Shown here: piece after piece, positions 27,949-37,433 of the stretch
How the letters are laid out: the number at the start of each line of letters is the position of its first letter
How positions within the stretch are numbered: position 1 is the stretch's first letter
Source of the DNA: an uncultured archaeon
GTDB taxonomy: Archaea > Altiarchaeota > Altiarchaeia > JAFGQM01
Direction: 5' to 3'
DNA length: 64,000 nt
NCBI GenBank assembly: GCA_964619365.1
Contig: CAZUDQ010000006.1
Location: forward strand, 29,437 to 93,436
The notes under the pieces: generated by a model
What the model was told of the DNA's origin: nothing
What the model saw: only the letters and a program-made list of their open reading frames with translations
Databases searched by the model: none
Translations under genes and position numbers: made by a program

Positions 27949-29111
27949 ACAAGGCAAAACCACTTACAGGTGCAGGCGCTGTCGCGCAGGCAATGAGGCA
28001 GATTAACCCTGATGTTGTTGCGGCATACCCAATAACACCCCAGACTCCGATTGTCGAAGGCTTTGCAAAGTTTGTTGCAGATGGGATTGTTAAAACAGAG
28101 ATGATAAGGGTGGAATCAGAACATTCTGCTCTTTCTGCTGTTGTTGGTTCAGCATTTGCAGGAGCAAGAACGATGACTGCGACATCTTCGGCTGGTCTTG
28201 CTTTGATGTATGAGATTTTAGGTGTTGCTTCAGGTCTTAGAGCGCCAATTGTCATGCCAATAGCAAACAGAGCTCTTTCTTCGCCACTTAATATTCACTG
28301 TGACCATTCGGACACCATGGGTTGTAGGGACATGGGCTGGCTGCAGATTTATGCTGAAGACGCTCAGGAGTCTTATGAGAACACGCTTCTTGCGATGCGT
28401 CTTGCTGAGCATCCGGATATCCTAACACCGATAATGCCTTGTATGGACGGCTTTATCACAAGCCACGGTGTTGAGAACGTTATTATACATAGTGACGAAG
28501 CAGTAAGAGATTTTATTGGGGAATATAAGTTCCCCTACAACCTCCTTGATGTTGAGCATCCAATAACTGTCGGTGCAATTGAACTCACGGATTATCTCTT
28601 TGAGACAAAACGTCAGCAGGTGGAATCAATCAGCAAAGTGCCTGATGTCTTGCCAAAGATAGCTTGCGAGCTTGCGAGAATAACTGAAAACGAGTTTGAC
28701 GTCGTTGAGGAGTATCACACAGATGATGCAGATGCGATAATTGTTGTTATGAGTTCGGCTGCTGGAACGACAAAGACTGTTGTTGATAAAATGAGAAAAG
28801 AAGGCAAAAAGGTTGGCCTCCTAAAACTCAGGATGTTTAGACCATTTCCTTACGAGCGCATTGCAAAAGGACTTGTGGGAGCAAAGGCGGTTGCTGTTCT
28901 TGATCGTGCGGCAAGCTACGGAGCTGACGCACCAATATTTACAGACGTTAAGTGTTCGCTTTATGCGAGCTCAGAAAAGCCAAAAATCCAAAGTTATGTC
29001 TTTGGTATCGGCGGCCGCGAGCTTTATGACGACCACATAGAAAAAGTGTTTGACGACCTCCTTGCGGGAAAAGTTACCGGTAAGGAAGAATACATCAACT
29101 TAAGAGAATGA
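27945..29111 (+). CDS. porA: Pyruvate/2-oxoacid:ferredoxin oxidoreductase alpha subunit
   Basis: AAYPITPQT, ESEHSA, TATSS, NRALS. Confidence 0.95.
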   Translation: MNKAKPLTGAGAVAQAMRQINPDVVAAYPITPQTPIVEGFAKFVADGIVKTEMIRVESEHSALSAVVGSAFAGARTMTATSSAGLALMYEILGVASGLRAPIVMPIANRALSSPLNIHCDHSDTMGCRDMGWLQIYAEDAQESYENTLLAMRLAEHPDILTPIMPCMDGFITSHGVENVIIHSDEAVRDFIGEYKFPYNLLDVEHPITVGAIELTDYLFETKRQQVESISKVPDVLPKIACELARITENEFDVVEEYHTDDADAIIVVMSSAAGTTKTVVDKMRKEGKKVGLLKLRMFRPFPYERIAKGLVGAKAVAVLDRAASYGADAPIFTDVKCSLYASSEKPKIQSYVFGIGGRELYDDHIEKVFDDLLAGKVTGKEEYINLRE

Positions 29112-30031
29112 ACTACAAAGAATTTGCAGCTAAGGAATGTAGGCTAGCACCTGGTCACAGGCTCTGTGGAGGTTGTGTCGCGCCAGTTGTTGTAAAAACG
29201 GTACTTGGGGCAACAGACAAGCCAGTTGTTGCAGCAAACGCAACAGGATGTCTTGAAGTTTCAACGACAATCTATCCTGACTCTGCATGGAAGATACCAT
29301 GGATACACAGCGCCTTTGAAAACGCCTCAGCAACAATATCTGGAGTTGAGACTGCTTACCGCTCGCTTAAAAAGCAGGGTAAGATTGATAAGGACATAAA
29401 GTTTGTGTGTTTTGGTGGTGACGGCGGGACCTATGATATTGGACTTCAGTCGCTTTCAGGAGCTCTTGAGCGTGGACACGACTTCCTTTATGTGTGTTAC
29501 GACAACGAAGCTTACATGAACACAGGAAACCAGCGTTCCAGTTCAACGCCATTTGGTGCATCTACGACAACAGCACCGGCCGGCAAAGTGATTCAGGGTA
29601 AAACAGAATGGAAAAAGGATCTTCTTAAGATTGCTGTTGCCCACCACATACCGTATGCTGCGAGTGCTGCTGTTGGAAACTGGCTTGATTTTGTGAATAA
29701 GGCTGAGAAGGCATTTACAATAGAAGGGCCAAAGGTGCTTCTTGTAAATTCGCCATGTACAACACTTTGGGGCTTTGCAAATGATAGTGCAATAGACTTA
29801 TCAAAGTTGCTTGTAGAAACTGGCGCATGGCCGCTTTATGAAGTCGTTGACGGCAAGTACAAGCTTACGTACAAGCCTAAGGAGAGAAAGCCTATTCTTG
29901 AGTACTTAAAGACCCAGGCACGCTTTAAGCACCTCCTTAAGCCGGAAAACGCGCACATTGTCGAGAAGATTCAAAAGCATGTTGATTCTGACTGGGCAGA
30001 GATGCTCAGGCTTTGTGGCGAGAGCGAGTAA
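29108..30031 (+). CDS. porB: Pyruvate/2-oxoacid:ferredoxin oxidoreductase beta subunit
   Basis: GHRLCGGC, ATGCLEV, GGDGGTYDIG, DNEAYMNTG. Confidence 0.95.
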   Translation: MNYKEFAAKECRLAPGHRLCGGCVAPVVVKTVLGATDKPVVAANATGCLEVSTTIYPDSAWKIPWIHSAFENASATISGVETAYRSLKKQGKIDKDIKFVCFGGDGGTYDIGLQSLSGALERGHDFLYVCYDNEAYMNTGNQRSSSTPFGASTTTAPAGKVIQGKTEWKKDLLKIAVAHHIPYAASAAVGNWLDFVNKAEKAFTIEGPKVLLVNSPCTTLWGFANDSAIDLSKLLVETGAWPLYEVVDGKYKLTYKPKERKPILEYLKTQARFKHLLKPENAHIVEKIQKHVDSDWAEMLRLCGESE

Positions 30032-30042
30032 TTTTACTCGCT
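30023..30042 (+). terminator. Hairpin overlapping the porB stop codon
   Basis: AGCGAGTAA-TT-TTACTCGCT then a T-rich run. Confidence 0.55.
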
Positions 30043-30180
30043 TCTTATTTTCTTTTTATTTTTTAATATTTTTTATTCTTCTAGCTTTGGCTCGCTAAAA
30101 CAGAACACTAAAAAAATAATGCAGATAATTCTACCCTTACGCTAAGAATAAAAAGAGGCTTAATGGGACTTAATATGGAT

Positions 30181-30492
30181 TTAACAACTTTTTACGTCGT
30201 GAAACCCTTGTGCGACAAGAGTGTCATAATCGATTGAACCCTTCTCTGTTAGAGTCGCACGTACAGGCTTTATCTCTGCAAGAATCTTTTTTGTCGCAAC
30301 TGACGGATCAGAAACAATCACTTTTAGCTTCTTTTGCGGGAAGCTGATGTTTGCCCTCACGACCTCAGGTATAAGCAGTACTTTATACTGTAAGAAGGCG
30401 GCATGCGACGCGCTTTCAAGACCATTTAATGAAAACTCCTCTATTGTAACCTTCTCAAAAGGCTCAGTCCCGTATCTTCCCTTGTGAGTCAT
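30181..30492 (-). CDS. HMA-like domain protein lacking CxxC
   Basis: FSLNGLESASHAAFLQYKVLLIPEVVRANISF resembles the GMxCxxC HMA pattern. Confidence 0.5.
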   Translation of the reverse strand: MTHKGRYGTEPFEKVTIEEFSLNGLESASHAAFLQYKVLLIPEVVRANISFPQKKLKVIVSDPSVATKKILAEIKPVRATLTEKGSIDYDTLVAQGFHDVKSC

Positions 30493-30493
30493 T

Positions 30494-32134
30494 TTATAGT
30501 TTAAAGTTGTCTTTTATGTCAAGGTAGGCCTTCTTATAAACATCACCTGCTTCAAGAGGTGCTGGCTTGCGCTTATACTTTCCATCGAGTATCTTCTTTC
30601 CTGTTTGTTTCTCCCATTCCTCAGCGGGGATGGCATATTGAGCCTGTACTTTATCCCTATATATCTCGGGAAGCACGTTAAACGCACAGAAAGGGATTAT
30701 TCTCCCGTCAGGCATCGCATAGTGGATGCAACAACGCTCAACGCGCTCAACATCATAATTATACGGATCCTGGAAGTGCATCATGCCAATAAACATCGAC
30801 TTGCGATGAAGCTCTCCAATTGCATGATAATTGTGCTTGACAAGGGCATTGAAAAGTAGCTTATTAAGTGAGAAGCCTTCTGGCTGCTTGTCCTTTTCTA
30901 TGAACTTTCCCAGGTTGCGATATACTTTGATTCCAGTCCACACTTTACTTTTGCCACGACGTTCTTCTGCCATCTCTTCAAGATATTCTAAAAGACCGTC
31001 AACATCTACAAAACTGGGCAATGTGACGAGTTTGCCGTCATCGCCTTTTATTATGTAGGTTGCCATACCACATGCAAAGTGAGTTGAAAGTGTATACTGG
31101 GGTTTTCCAGTTATTGCTTCAACAAAATCGGTTATTGGTGCCACTGAAGGGACTGGGAAGAAATCATCTTTTGTGATAACTCCATTTGTTTGCTCTTCAA
31201 TATTTGCGATGACTTTTGGTATAGTTATTCTTTGTGCATCACGCTCTTTTTGTGGCATCCTTCCGACTAAAGAGACTGGCTGGAAGTTTATTCCCTTGAT
31301 GACATCAAGGTTGTTTAAGCCGAAATTGACTATGTCTCCCGTTTCATGGTCGTTTATGCCTTTAATCATTGTCGGGACAAGTACAATTCCCATGCCGCAT
31401 TTTCTACAGTTTTCAATCGCATAAGGGGCTTCCCAGTGGTTTTTGGGGTTTGACTTCTTACTTACTCCGTCAAAACTCATATATACGGTGTTTGAGCCAG
31501 CTTCGCGAAGCGCTGCGGGGAGTTCTGGTTTAAATGCGAAATTTATGGCATCAGTGTTTATCTGAACGTGGTCGATGCCTTCTTCTTTCATTATCTTGAC
31601 CATGTCAACAAGGTCTTCTCTCATAGTGGGCTCGCCACCCGTTATCTGAACTGCCTTACATGGAACGGGCTTTTCTGAGGCAAGGTTCTTTGCCATAGCG
31701 CGTATCTGTTCAAGAGTCGGTTCATATACGGGTTGGCCTTCTTTAGCGTAAAAGAAGCAGTACCAGCAGGAAAGGTCGCATCTGTTTGTCGCGACAATAT
31801 TAGCTAATGCCGTGTGGCTTTTATGTCGTGTGCATATACCGCAATCATATGGGCAATTTGCGCCGGTAGACTCTAAATTTGGGTTCTTTTGAAATACGGG
31901 TGATGACGCATACTTGCGAGCTCTTTCATAAAGCTCAACGTCCTCCCAGTATTTTTCGACATACTCCCCATGTTCCGGGCAGGTCTTTTTCATCCAGACA
32001 ATACCGTCTTTTGCAAAAACGTGAGCTTCTATTGGACGTTTGCACTCAGGGCAAAGCGAAGTTGTTGTGTGTGGCAGGGAATCGCCATATTTTTTTGATT
32101 CCGTTTTCTGTGATTTTGTCATGATTATTGTCAC
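30494..32134 (-). CDS. tes: Tetraether lipid synthase (Tes/GDGT-MAS, MJ0619 family radical SAM)
   Basis: SLCPEC..KTCPEHG, CPYDCGIC..H, TNRCDLSCWYCF, MMHFQDPYNYD.ERV.RCCIHY, IPFC. Confidence 0.88.
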   Translation of the reverse strand: MTIIMTKSQKTESKKYGDSLPHTTTSLCPECKRPIEAHVFAKDGIVWMKKTCPEHGEYVEKYWEDVELYERARKYASSPVFQKNPNLESTGANCPYDCGICTRHKSHTALANIVATNRCDLSCWYCFFYAKEGQPVYEPTLEQIRAMAKNLASEKPVPCKAVQITGGEPTMREDLVDMVKIMKEEGIDHVQINTDAINFAFKPELPAALREAGSNTVYMSFDGVSKKSNPKNHWEAPYAIENCRKCGMGIVLVPTMIKGINDHETGDIVNFGLNNLDVIKGINFQPVSLVGRMPQKERDAQRITIPKVIANIEEQTNGVITKDDFFPVPSVAPITDFVEAITGKPQYTLSTHFACGMATYIIKGDDGKLVTLPSFVDVDGLLEYLEEMAEERRGKSKVWTGIKVYRNLGKFIEKDKQPEGFSLNKLLFNALVKHNYHAIGELHRKSMFIGMMHFQDPYNYDVERVERCCIHYAMPDGRIIPFCAFNVLPEIYRDKVQAQYAIPAEEWEKQTGKKILDGKYKRKPAPLEAGDVYKKAYLDIKDNFKL

Positions 32135-32207
32135 CTCATAAACATTTAATGATTATTAAAAGTTGTAAATTTATATGCTTGAAGTATATAAACTTAGTGG
32201 TTTTGAT

Positions 32208-32702
32208 ATGGTTAAAAAATCATCTGAAGATGCTGTGGGTAAGATAGAAGAAAGGATTCTTGAGAGTTTTGCCGCCGTAGCAGAAACCATAGGTTACTCG
32301 CCACTCCATGGCAAGATAATCGCAGTCCTCCTCATACGCAATGCCCCAACAAGCTTAAACGATGTCGCGCTTGAAACGGGTTATTCGAGTTCCATGATAT
32401 CCCTCTCCTTTGACTTCTTGGAAATAATGGAGGTCATAACAAAAATAAAGAAGCCTGGCGACCGTAAATTGTATGTAAAGCTCAATGGAGATCTTCTTGG
32501 GATATTAAAAAAGGCAATAGTGATTAGAGTAAAAAAGGCACTTTCAAGTTCCCTTGAGGAATTCGGAGAAAGTAAAGAATCGCTGTGCGAGATTAACGAT
32601 GAGGATAAGATTCGCCTTGAGCAGGCCATAAACACAATGGAACATGAAATCGGCAGGCTCAGTTATTATGTCGCTATGCTTGATAAGATAGAACTGCCGT
32701 AA
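32208..32702 (+). CDS. GbsR/MarR-family transcriptional regulator
   Basis: GYSPLHGKIIAVL...SLNDVALETGYSSSMIS..., KKPGDRKLY. Confidence 0.85.
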   Translation: MVKKSSEDAVGKIEERILESFAAVAETIGYSPLHGKIIAVLLIRNAPTSLNDVALETGYSSSMISLSFDFLEIMEVITKIKKPGDRKLYVKLNGDLLGILKKAIVIRVKKALSSSLEEFGESKESLCEINDEDKIRLEQAINTMEHEIGRLSYYVAMLDKIELP

Positions 32703-32766
32703 TCAAGCTAATTCTTGGAAAAAGCTGCTTGCAAAGGCTAATTTTTAATAAAATAAGAAAAAGCGT

Positions 32767-32790
32767 TAGCCCGAGTAAAGTCTCGGGCTA
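32767..32790. terminator. Hairpin between convergent genes
   Basis: TAGCCCGAG-N6-CTCGGGCTA, flanked by a direct repeat tttaataaaataa.aaaaagcg. Confidence 0.55.
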
Positions 32791-32818
32791 TTTGTTTAAT
32801 AAAATAAAAAAAGCGACC

Positions 32819-34006
32819 TTATTGGGTCGCCGCGTCACTGATTAATTGCTCGATTACTGCTCTGAAATCTGCTTCTTCAGCCGCAAGGTCATTTTTCGAC
32901 TCGTAAGCGGATCCAACACGGTAATACTTGCAACCAAAGACGAATGTCGGAATTGAGCCTCTGTCGTTGAATTGCTTAAACACTGCAAGTTCTGATTCAG
33001 GGACTTCTGTTTCGACTTCTTCTGTTATACTATCGTCCCCGGTGTCAACTTCCCAGTGGTGAGCAACAATCTTGCCTGCATCAACATATTCAGACATAAC
33101 CTCATCAAAGGTCTCTTTTATCCAAGAGCAATGTGGGCACCATGTGGTCGTATAAAGTCTCATTACAGGCTTTTCACCTTCTACACAGACCGCATAATCA
33201 AATGCCTTAAACGAACCTATTCCTTCAACCTGCTTTGGAGGCATTGTACCTGCAAGAACTTTTGCTATTGCATCTTCAAATGTCTCATAAGGCTGTGCTC
33301 CTGAAATGAACCATCCATCCTTACCACCAACAAAGATTGCCGGAGTTCCTGAAACGCCAAGTTCTGCTGCGAGTGTTATATCTTCCTGGACTTCGTCTTC
33401 TTTGGAGTTTGACTTCAGACATGTTGAGAACTCATCTACATTAAGTCCTTCAATTGTTGCCGCCATCTTTTGAATGTCTTCGACTGAAAGGCTTGTTTGG
33501 TTGTCAAACATCAAGTCGTGAAGCTCCCAGAACTTGCCCTGATCTTCGGCGCATTCTCCAGCTTCTGCTGCGTCCTGTGCCTTCTCGTGGAATGACAATG
33601 GATAATTGATGTATTCAAACGAAATCTTATCGCCATAGTTCTTCTCAAGCTCATCCATAGTATCGGCAAACCTTCTGCTGTATCCACACTCAAAATCGCT
33701 AAAGACCATTATATTTACTTTGTCATCTTCTGCAGTCTCATTTTTAACAGGAATTACAATGGGCTCCTGTGTGGAATCATTCACTACGGGCGTTACCTTT
33801 TTTACAGCCTCGCTTGGCGCACTAAGTAGTACAATTGCTGCGACCAGAACTAAGACGCAAACAAGCGCTGCGACCAAAAAGACTGGATTTGAGCATGCCT
33901 TGACTGGGCATTCTGTCTTTTTGGGAGTTTCTTCGATTTTTGTCTTAGAAACTTTTTGAGTATCTACACTCCTCTTGGGTGCAGATTTCTTCTTTTTTGT
34001 AACCAT
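32819..34006 (-). CDS. Membrane-anchored DsbA-like plus thioredoxin-like two-domain protein
   Basis: FSDFECGYS, PLSFH, GVSGTP, GAQPY; second domain TTWCPHC...SIPTFVFGC. Confidence 0.85.
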   Translation of the reverse strand: MVTKKKKSAPKRSVDTQKVSKTKIEETPKKTECPVKACSNPVFLVAALVCVLVLVAAIVLLSAPSEAVKKVTPVVNDSTQEPIVIPVKNETAEDDKVNIMVFSDFECGYSRRFADTMDELEKNYGDKISFEYINYPLSFHEKAQDAAEAGECAEDQGKFWELHDLMFDNQTSLSVEDIQKMAATIEGLNVDEFSTCLKSNSKEDEVQEDITLAAELGVSGTPAIFVGGKDGWFISGAQPYETFEDAIAKVLAGTMPPKQVEGIGSFKAFDYAVCVEGEKPVMRLYTTTWCPHCSWIKETFDEVMSEYVDAGKIVAHHWEVDTGDDSITEEVETEVPESELAVFKQFNDRGSIPTFVFGCKYYRVGSAYESKNDLAAEEADFRAVIEQLISDAATQ

Positions 34007-34051
34007 TTTACTTATAACTTATTATATTGTTTTTGAGTGTTAGGGGAGATT

Positions 34052-35434
34052 TTATTCTCCCGATGTTATTTCAACAAGTTTTTTACAAGTTTCATCATCA
34101 CCCACGCAATAGTATTCGACGCTTAATGAATCGCCAAACAGCTTATCAAGCTCTTCGACAAGCGCCCTTTGTGCAAGTGAAGCCTCCGAATCCGGGGAGT
34201 AGAAAGCTTGGAGCACACTTGTATTATCAGATGGGACACATGACATCTCGCCAGTCTTATACAAGTTTGATATTATGTATTCATTTGGTATCTGTGCTCC
34301 AACAACAGTTCCATCCTCCGCCCGAGTTATGCCAAGTGATTGGCAAATCTCTTTTGGCTCGGCATTGTTGTAAAGGCAAGTCAATGTTACAAGAACCTGG
34401 AACTCTGTTCCAGATGGCACTTCACCCCGTAACTCTGCAAGGGCAAGAGTCTTTCTTATGCCAGCTTGGCAATTCCAGATAAGTCTTGGTACTGTTGTCA
34501 CATTATATGACAATGCAAGCTCTGTATCATACGCATCAAACTTCATCTGACTCTCTTCTGCAAGCTCATAGGAGTATCTGAATTCATCAAACTCCACACG
34601 GTCCACGTATACTATAATTCCCTTGGCAGTATCCTCCTTAGGTATTGTCACAGCTTTTTGTACTATTACTTCAGAAGGGAGTGGAAGCCTGTGGTAATAA
34701 TTCTTACCGTCTGGTGCTGTGACTGTAGTCTTTATGTAGCCCTGAGCTATCTCAATGGAATATGGCAACAGAGAGCCACTGCAGTTAAGTACGTCTGGCA
34801 TGTCCACCATATAGCGTGCGCGCTTTGTGCCATTGAGTAACTTATCAACGAGATAGAATCCCACATAATTATCATTAAAGAGCTTTGCACACTTCTGATA
34901 ATCATTGGGTGCTATTTGCATCAGGAACTCTGATGGGCTCCACTGCAAATTGCCGTTAAGACCGACTTTTAAGGCCTTTGATTCCGGCGACATGAGAACC
35001 ATGAATTTATTTGACCCTGTGTCTGTAGCAAAGGTGACAAGATAATTGTCTCCGTTTTCTGTGACGCTTCCTGTTAACTGGTCAATTGTTATATTAAGGT
35101 TTGATTCGATTGAATCCATAACACTTTTTGTCTGTGCAAGAGCAGCTCCTATGAGTTCTGCGTCATTTGTTTCACTGGCAATTGTCTTGCTGGTGTCTGT
35201 CATCACAAAAGCTACTGCGCCGATAACGATTATTAATCCAATGATAATAAATGCATAAACACCCATCATCGAATTTCCTTCGGATTTTTCCTTAGTCGGA
35301 GTCGTAGCTACTTCTTTTGAAACCTCTTTTGGCGAACTGACTGCAACCTTGGTCGCAGGCTCTGCCTCAGCGGAGGTATTATCGATTTGAACGTCCTTTT
35401 TAGGGTCGCTCTTCTTTTTAGCAGCCATTTTCAA
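34052..35434 (-). CDS. Hypothetical membrane-anchored protein with degenerate thioredoxin-like segments
   Basis: N-terminal TM; YNVTTVPRLIWNC and AFYSPDSEAS. Confidence 0.6.
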   Translation of the reverse strand: MKMAAKKKSDPKKDVQIDNTSAEAEPATKVAVSSPKEVSKEVATTPTKEKSEGNSMMGVYAFIIIGLIIVIGAVAFVMTDTSKTIASETNDAELIGAALAQTKSVMDSIESNLNITIDQLTGSVTENGDNYLVTFATDTGSNKFMVLMSPESKALKVGLNGNLQWSPSEFLMQIAPNDYQKCAKLFNDNYVGFYLVDKLLNGTKRARYMVDMPDVLNCSGSLLPYSIEIAQGYIKTTVTAPDGKNYYHRLPLPSEVIVQKAVTIPKEDTAKGIIVYVDRVEFDEFRYSYELAEESQMKFDAYDTELALSYNVTTVPRLIWNCQAGIRKTLALAELRGEVPSGTEFQVLVTLTCLYNNAEPKEICQSLGITRAEDGTVVGAQIPNEYIISNLYKTGEMSCVPSDNTSVLQAFYSPDSEASLAQRALVEELDKLFGDSLSVEYYCVGDDETCKKLVEITSGE

Positions 35435-35526
35435 GAATGATTTTGTAGCGTTACAAATAGTAATCAGCCGACTAATTTGTAGTTCCTAATATAAATATTA
35501 GCTTCAAGTTGTTTCGGAGTTATTAG

Positions 35527-36915
35527 CTAATCAAGTTCTTCTTTTAAGAGTGATATTATCTCGCCTGCCCGGGCGCGTCCCTTCATCTCCCGCATTACTT
35601 GACCCATAAGGAAATTAAGCGCGCCGAGGTTGCCTGAATTGTAATCCTCAACTGCTTTTTTATTCTTTTCTATTACACTTTTGACTGCGGCTTTAAGCGC
35701 ACTCTCGTCCTTTACGACAGCAAGACCTTCATCAGTTACAATCTTTACAGGGGACTCGCCCGAATCCATTATTCGCTCAAGGAGCTTTTTGGCAATGGAG
35801 TCTGTTATTGCATCTTTCCTTAAAAGTTCCATTAATTCTACAAAAAGCGGGACACTAAGCTTTGTTTCAGATAATGTCTTTTCTTTGTAATTAAGTTGAG
35901 CAAGGACTTCTTCAGCCATCCATTTCGCGCAAAGCTCTGGGTCGGTTTCCTTAAGTTTAAGTGCTTCTTCAAAGAACAAAGCTACTTCCTTATCATTTGT
36001 TATGACTTTTGCATACTTACCTGATATACCATAGGTTTCCTTAAACCTTGCGCGCATATCCTGAGGTGTCTCGGGCCCTTCTCCAAGTGCATCAAGCAAT
36101 GCTTCATCAAGCATTATCGGAGGAAGGTCTGGATCTGGGATGTATCTGTAATCCTCGGCATTCTCCTTTTTCCTCATTAGATAGGTTTCACCTTTTTCGT
36201 CGTCCCATCCACGCGTCTCCTGTTCGACAAGACCACCCGAATTTACTATTTCGTCTTGAGCACTTATCTCATATTCTATTGCGCGTGCAATCGAGCGAAT
36301 AGAATTTACGTTTTTTATCTCCCGGCGCGGTCCCCCCTTTATTGATACATTAACATCAGCACGGATTATCCCGTCACCTTCAAGGATAAGTTCGGAGTAC
36401 TCAAGCATCGATACCAATTCTTTCATAAAAGCGCGCGCATGCTCGGAGCTCTTTAAATCAGGTGCAGTCACTATCTCGACTAAGGGGACTCCTGAACGAT
36501 TATAATCCACCTGCCCTTTTGTTAGATTGAACTGGCCCGGATCCTCTTCAAGATGCGCCTCCCATATGCCAACATCTGGAAAGCTTCCGTCTTCAAAAGA
36601 GAACTTGCCGTCTTTTCCAATGGGTTCAGAGGTTATCTGGTATCCCTTAGGGAGGTCAGGGTAATTGTAATGCTTTCTTTTCAGGAAAATCTTTTCTGTT
36701 GGAAGCTTGCAGTTAAGGAGCTTTGATATTATTATTACAGACTCAAGCGCGCGCTTGTTCACGGGCTTTGGTTTAATCCCAGGCATCGCCGTACATATCT
36801 CGCAGACTAAGGAATTGGGCTCTGTTGTATCATGATAATCCGTTGGGCAATCGCAAAAGAGCTTACGCTCAGTTTTTAGCGGCGCGTGTATCTCAAGACC
36901 TATTTTTACGTCCAT
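35527..36915 (-). CDS. gatB: Asp-tRNA(Asn)/Glu-tRNA(Gln) amidotransferase subunit B
   Basis: KIGLEIH, RKHYNYPDLPKGYQI, HLEEDPG, DYRYIPDPDLPP. Confidence 0.96.
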   Translation of the reverse strand: MDVKIGLEIHAPLKTERKLFCDCPTDYHDTTEPNSLVCEICTAMPGIKPKPVNKRALESVIIISKLLNCKLPTEKIFLKRKHYNYPDLPKGYQITSEPIGKDGKFSFEDGSFPDVGIWEAHLEEDPGQFNLTKGQVDYNRSGVPLVEIVTAPDLKSSEHARAFMKELVSMLEYSELILEGDGIIRADVNVSIKGGPRREIKNVNSIRSIARAIEYEISAQDEIVNSGGLVEQETRGWDDEKGETYLMRKKENAEDYRYIPDPDLPPIMLDEALLDALGEGPETPQDMRARFKETYGISGKYAKVITNDKEVALFFEEALKLKETDPELCAKWMAEEVLAQLNYKEKTLSETKLSVPLFVELMELLRKDAITDSIAKKLLERIMDSGESPVKIVTDEGLAVVKDESALKAAVKSVIEKNKKAVEDYNSGNLGALNFLMGQVMREMKGRARAGEIISLLKEELD

Positions 36916-36937
36916 TTAAAAACAGCCAAAAAGCCCG

Positions 36938-37351
36938 TTAATAGACTTGTATTGGAACCCAAAAATTGAAGCTGAGCATTAATAAACCTACTATTATCAA
37001 AAACGCATTTGCAAAATTGCCGTCTGATGCTATGCACTTTAGTCCGTATCTCTTTTTTGAGAAGGGGAAAAGAAGCGGGACTCCGGCATGGGTTGTCGCA
37101 TCAAGAAGTATGTGGGACATAAAACCAATAAAGAGTGCCATAGCAATTATGACTGATGAAAACAGATAAAATACCGCTAAGGAAAGTAGTATCGCAACAA
37201 AGGGAGAATGTGAAAACCATGCGCGATGCGAAATGTTCCGGTCAAAATCCGGTAGAACTGCGATAAGCGCTCCTAATGCAAGGGGCAATGGATGAAGTGT
37301 GAGAAAAGAGACTGAACCCAGTCCACATGCAAGATGAGCAGTTCTTAACAT
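36938..37351 (-). CDS. Membrane metal-dependent hydrolase (YdjM/DUF457-like)
   Basis: H, LPDFD, HRAWFSHS, SHILLDATT..GVPLLFP. Confidence 0.85.
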   Translation of the reverse strand: MLRTAHLACGLGSVSFLTLHPLPLALGALIAVLPDFDRNISHRAWFSHSPFVAILLSLAVFYLFSSVIIAMALFIGFMSHILLDATTHAGVPLLFPFSKKRYGLKCIASDGNFANAFLIIVGLLMLSFNFWVPIQVY

Positions 37352-37433
37352 GAATAATATACAGCCTTGGGTCTTAAGGGTGTTTCGTGTCTTTGAGCGC
37401 TAATCGGTGGTTAATCTGTGGTTAATTACTCTT

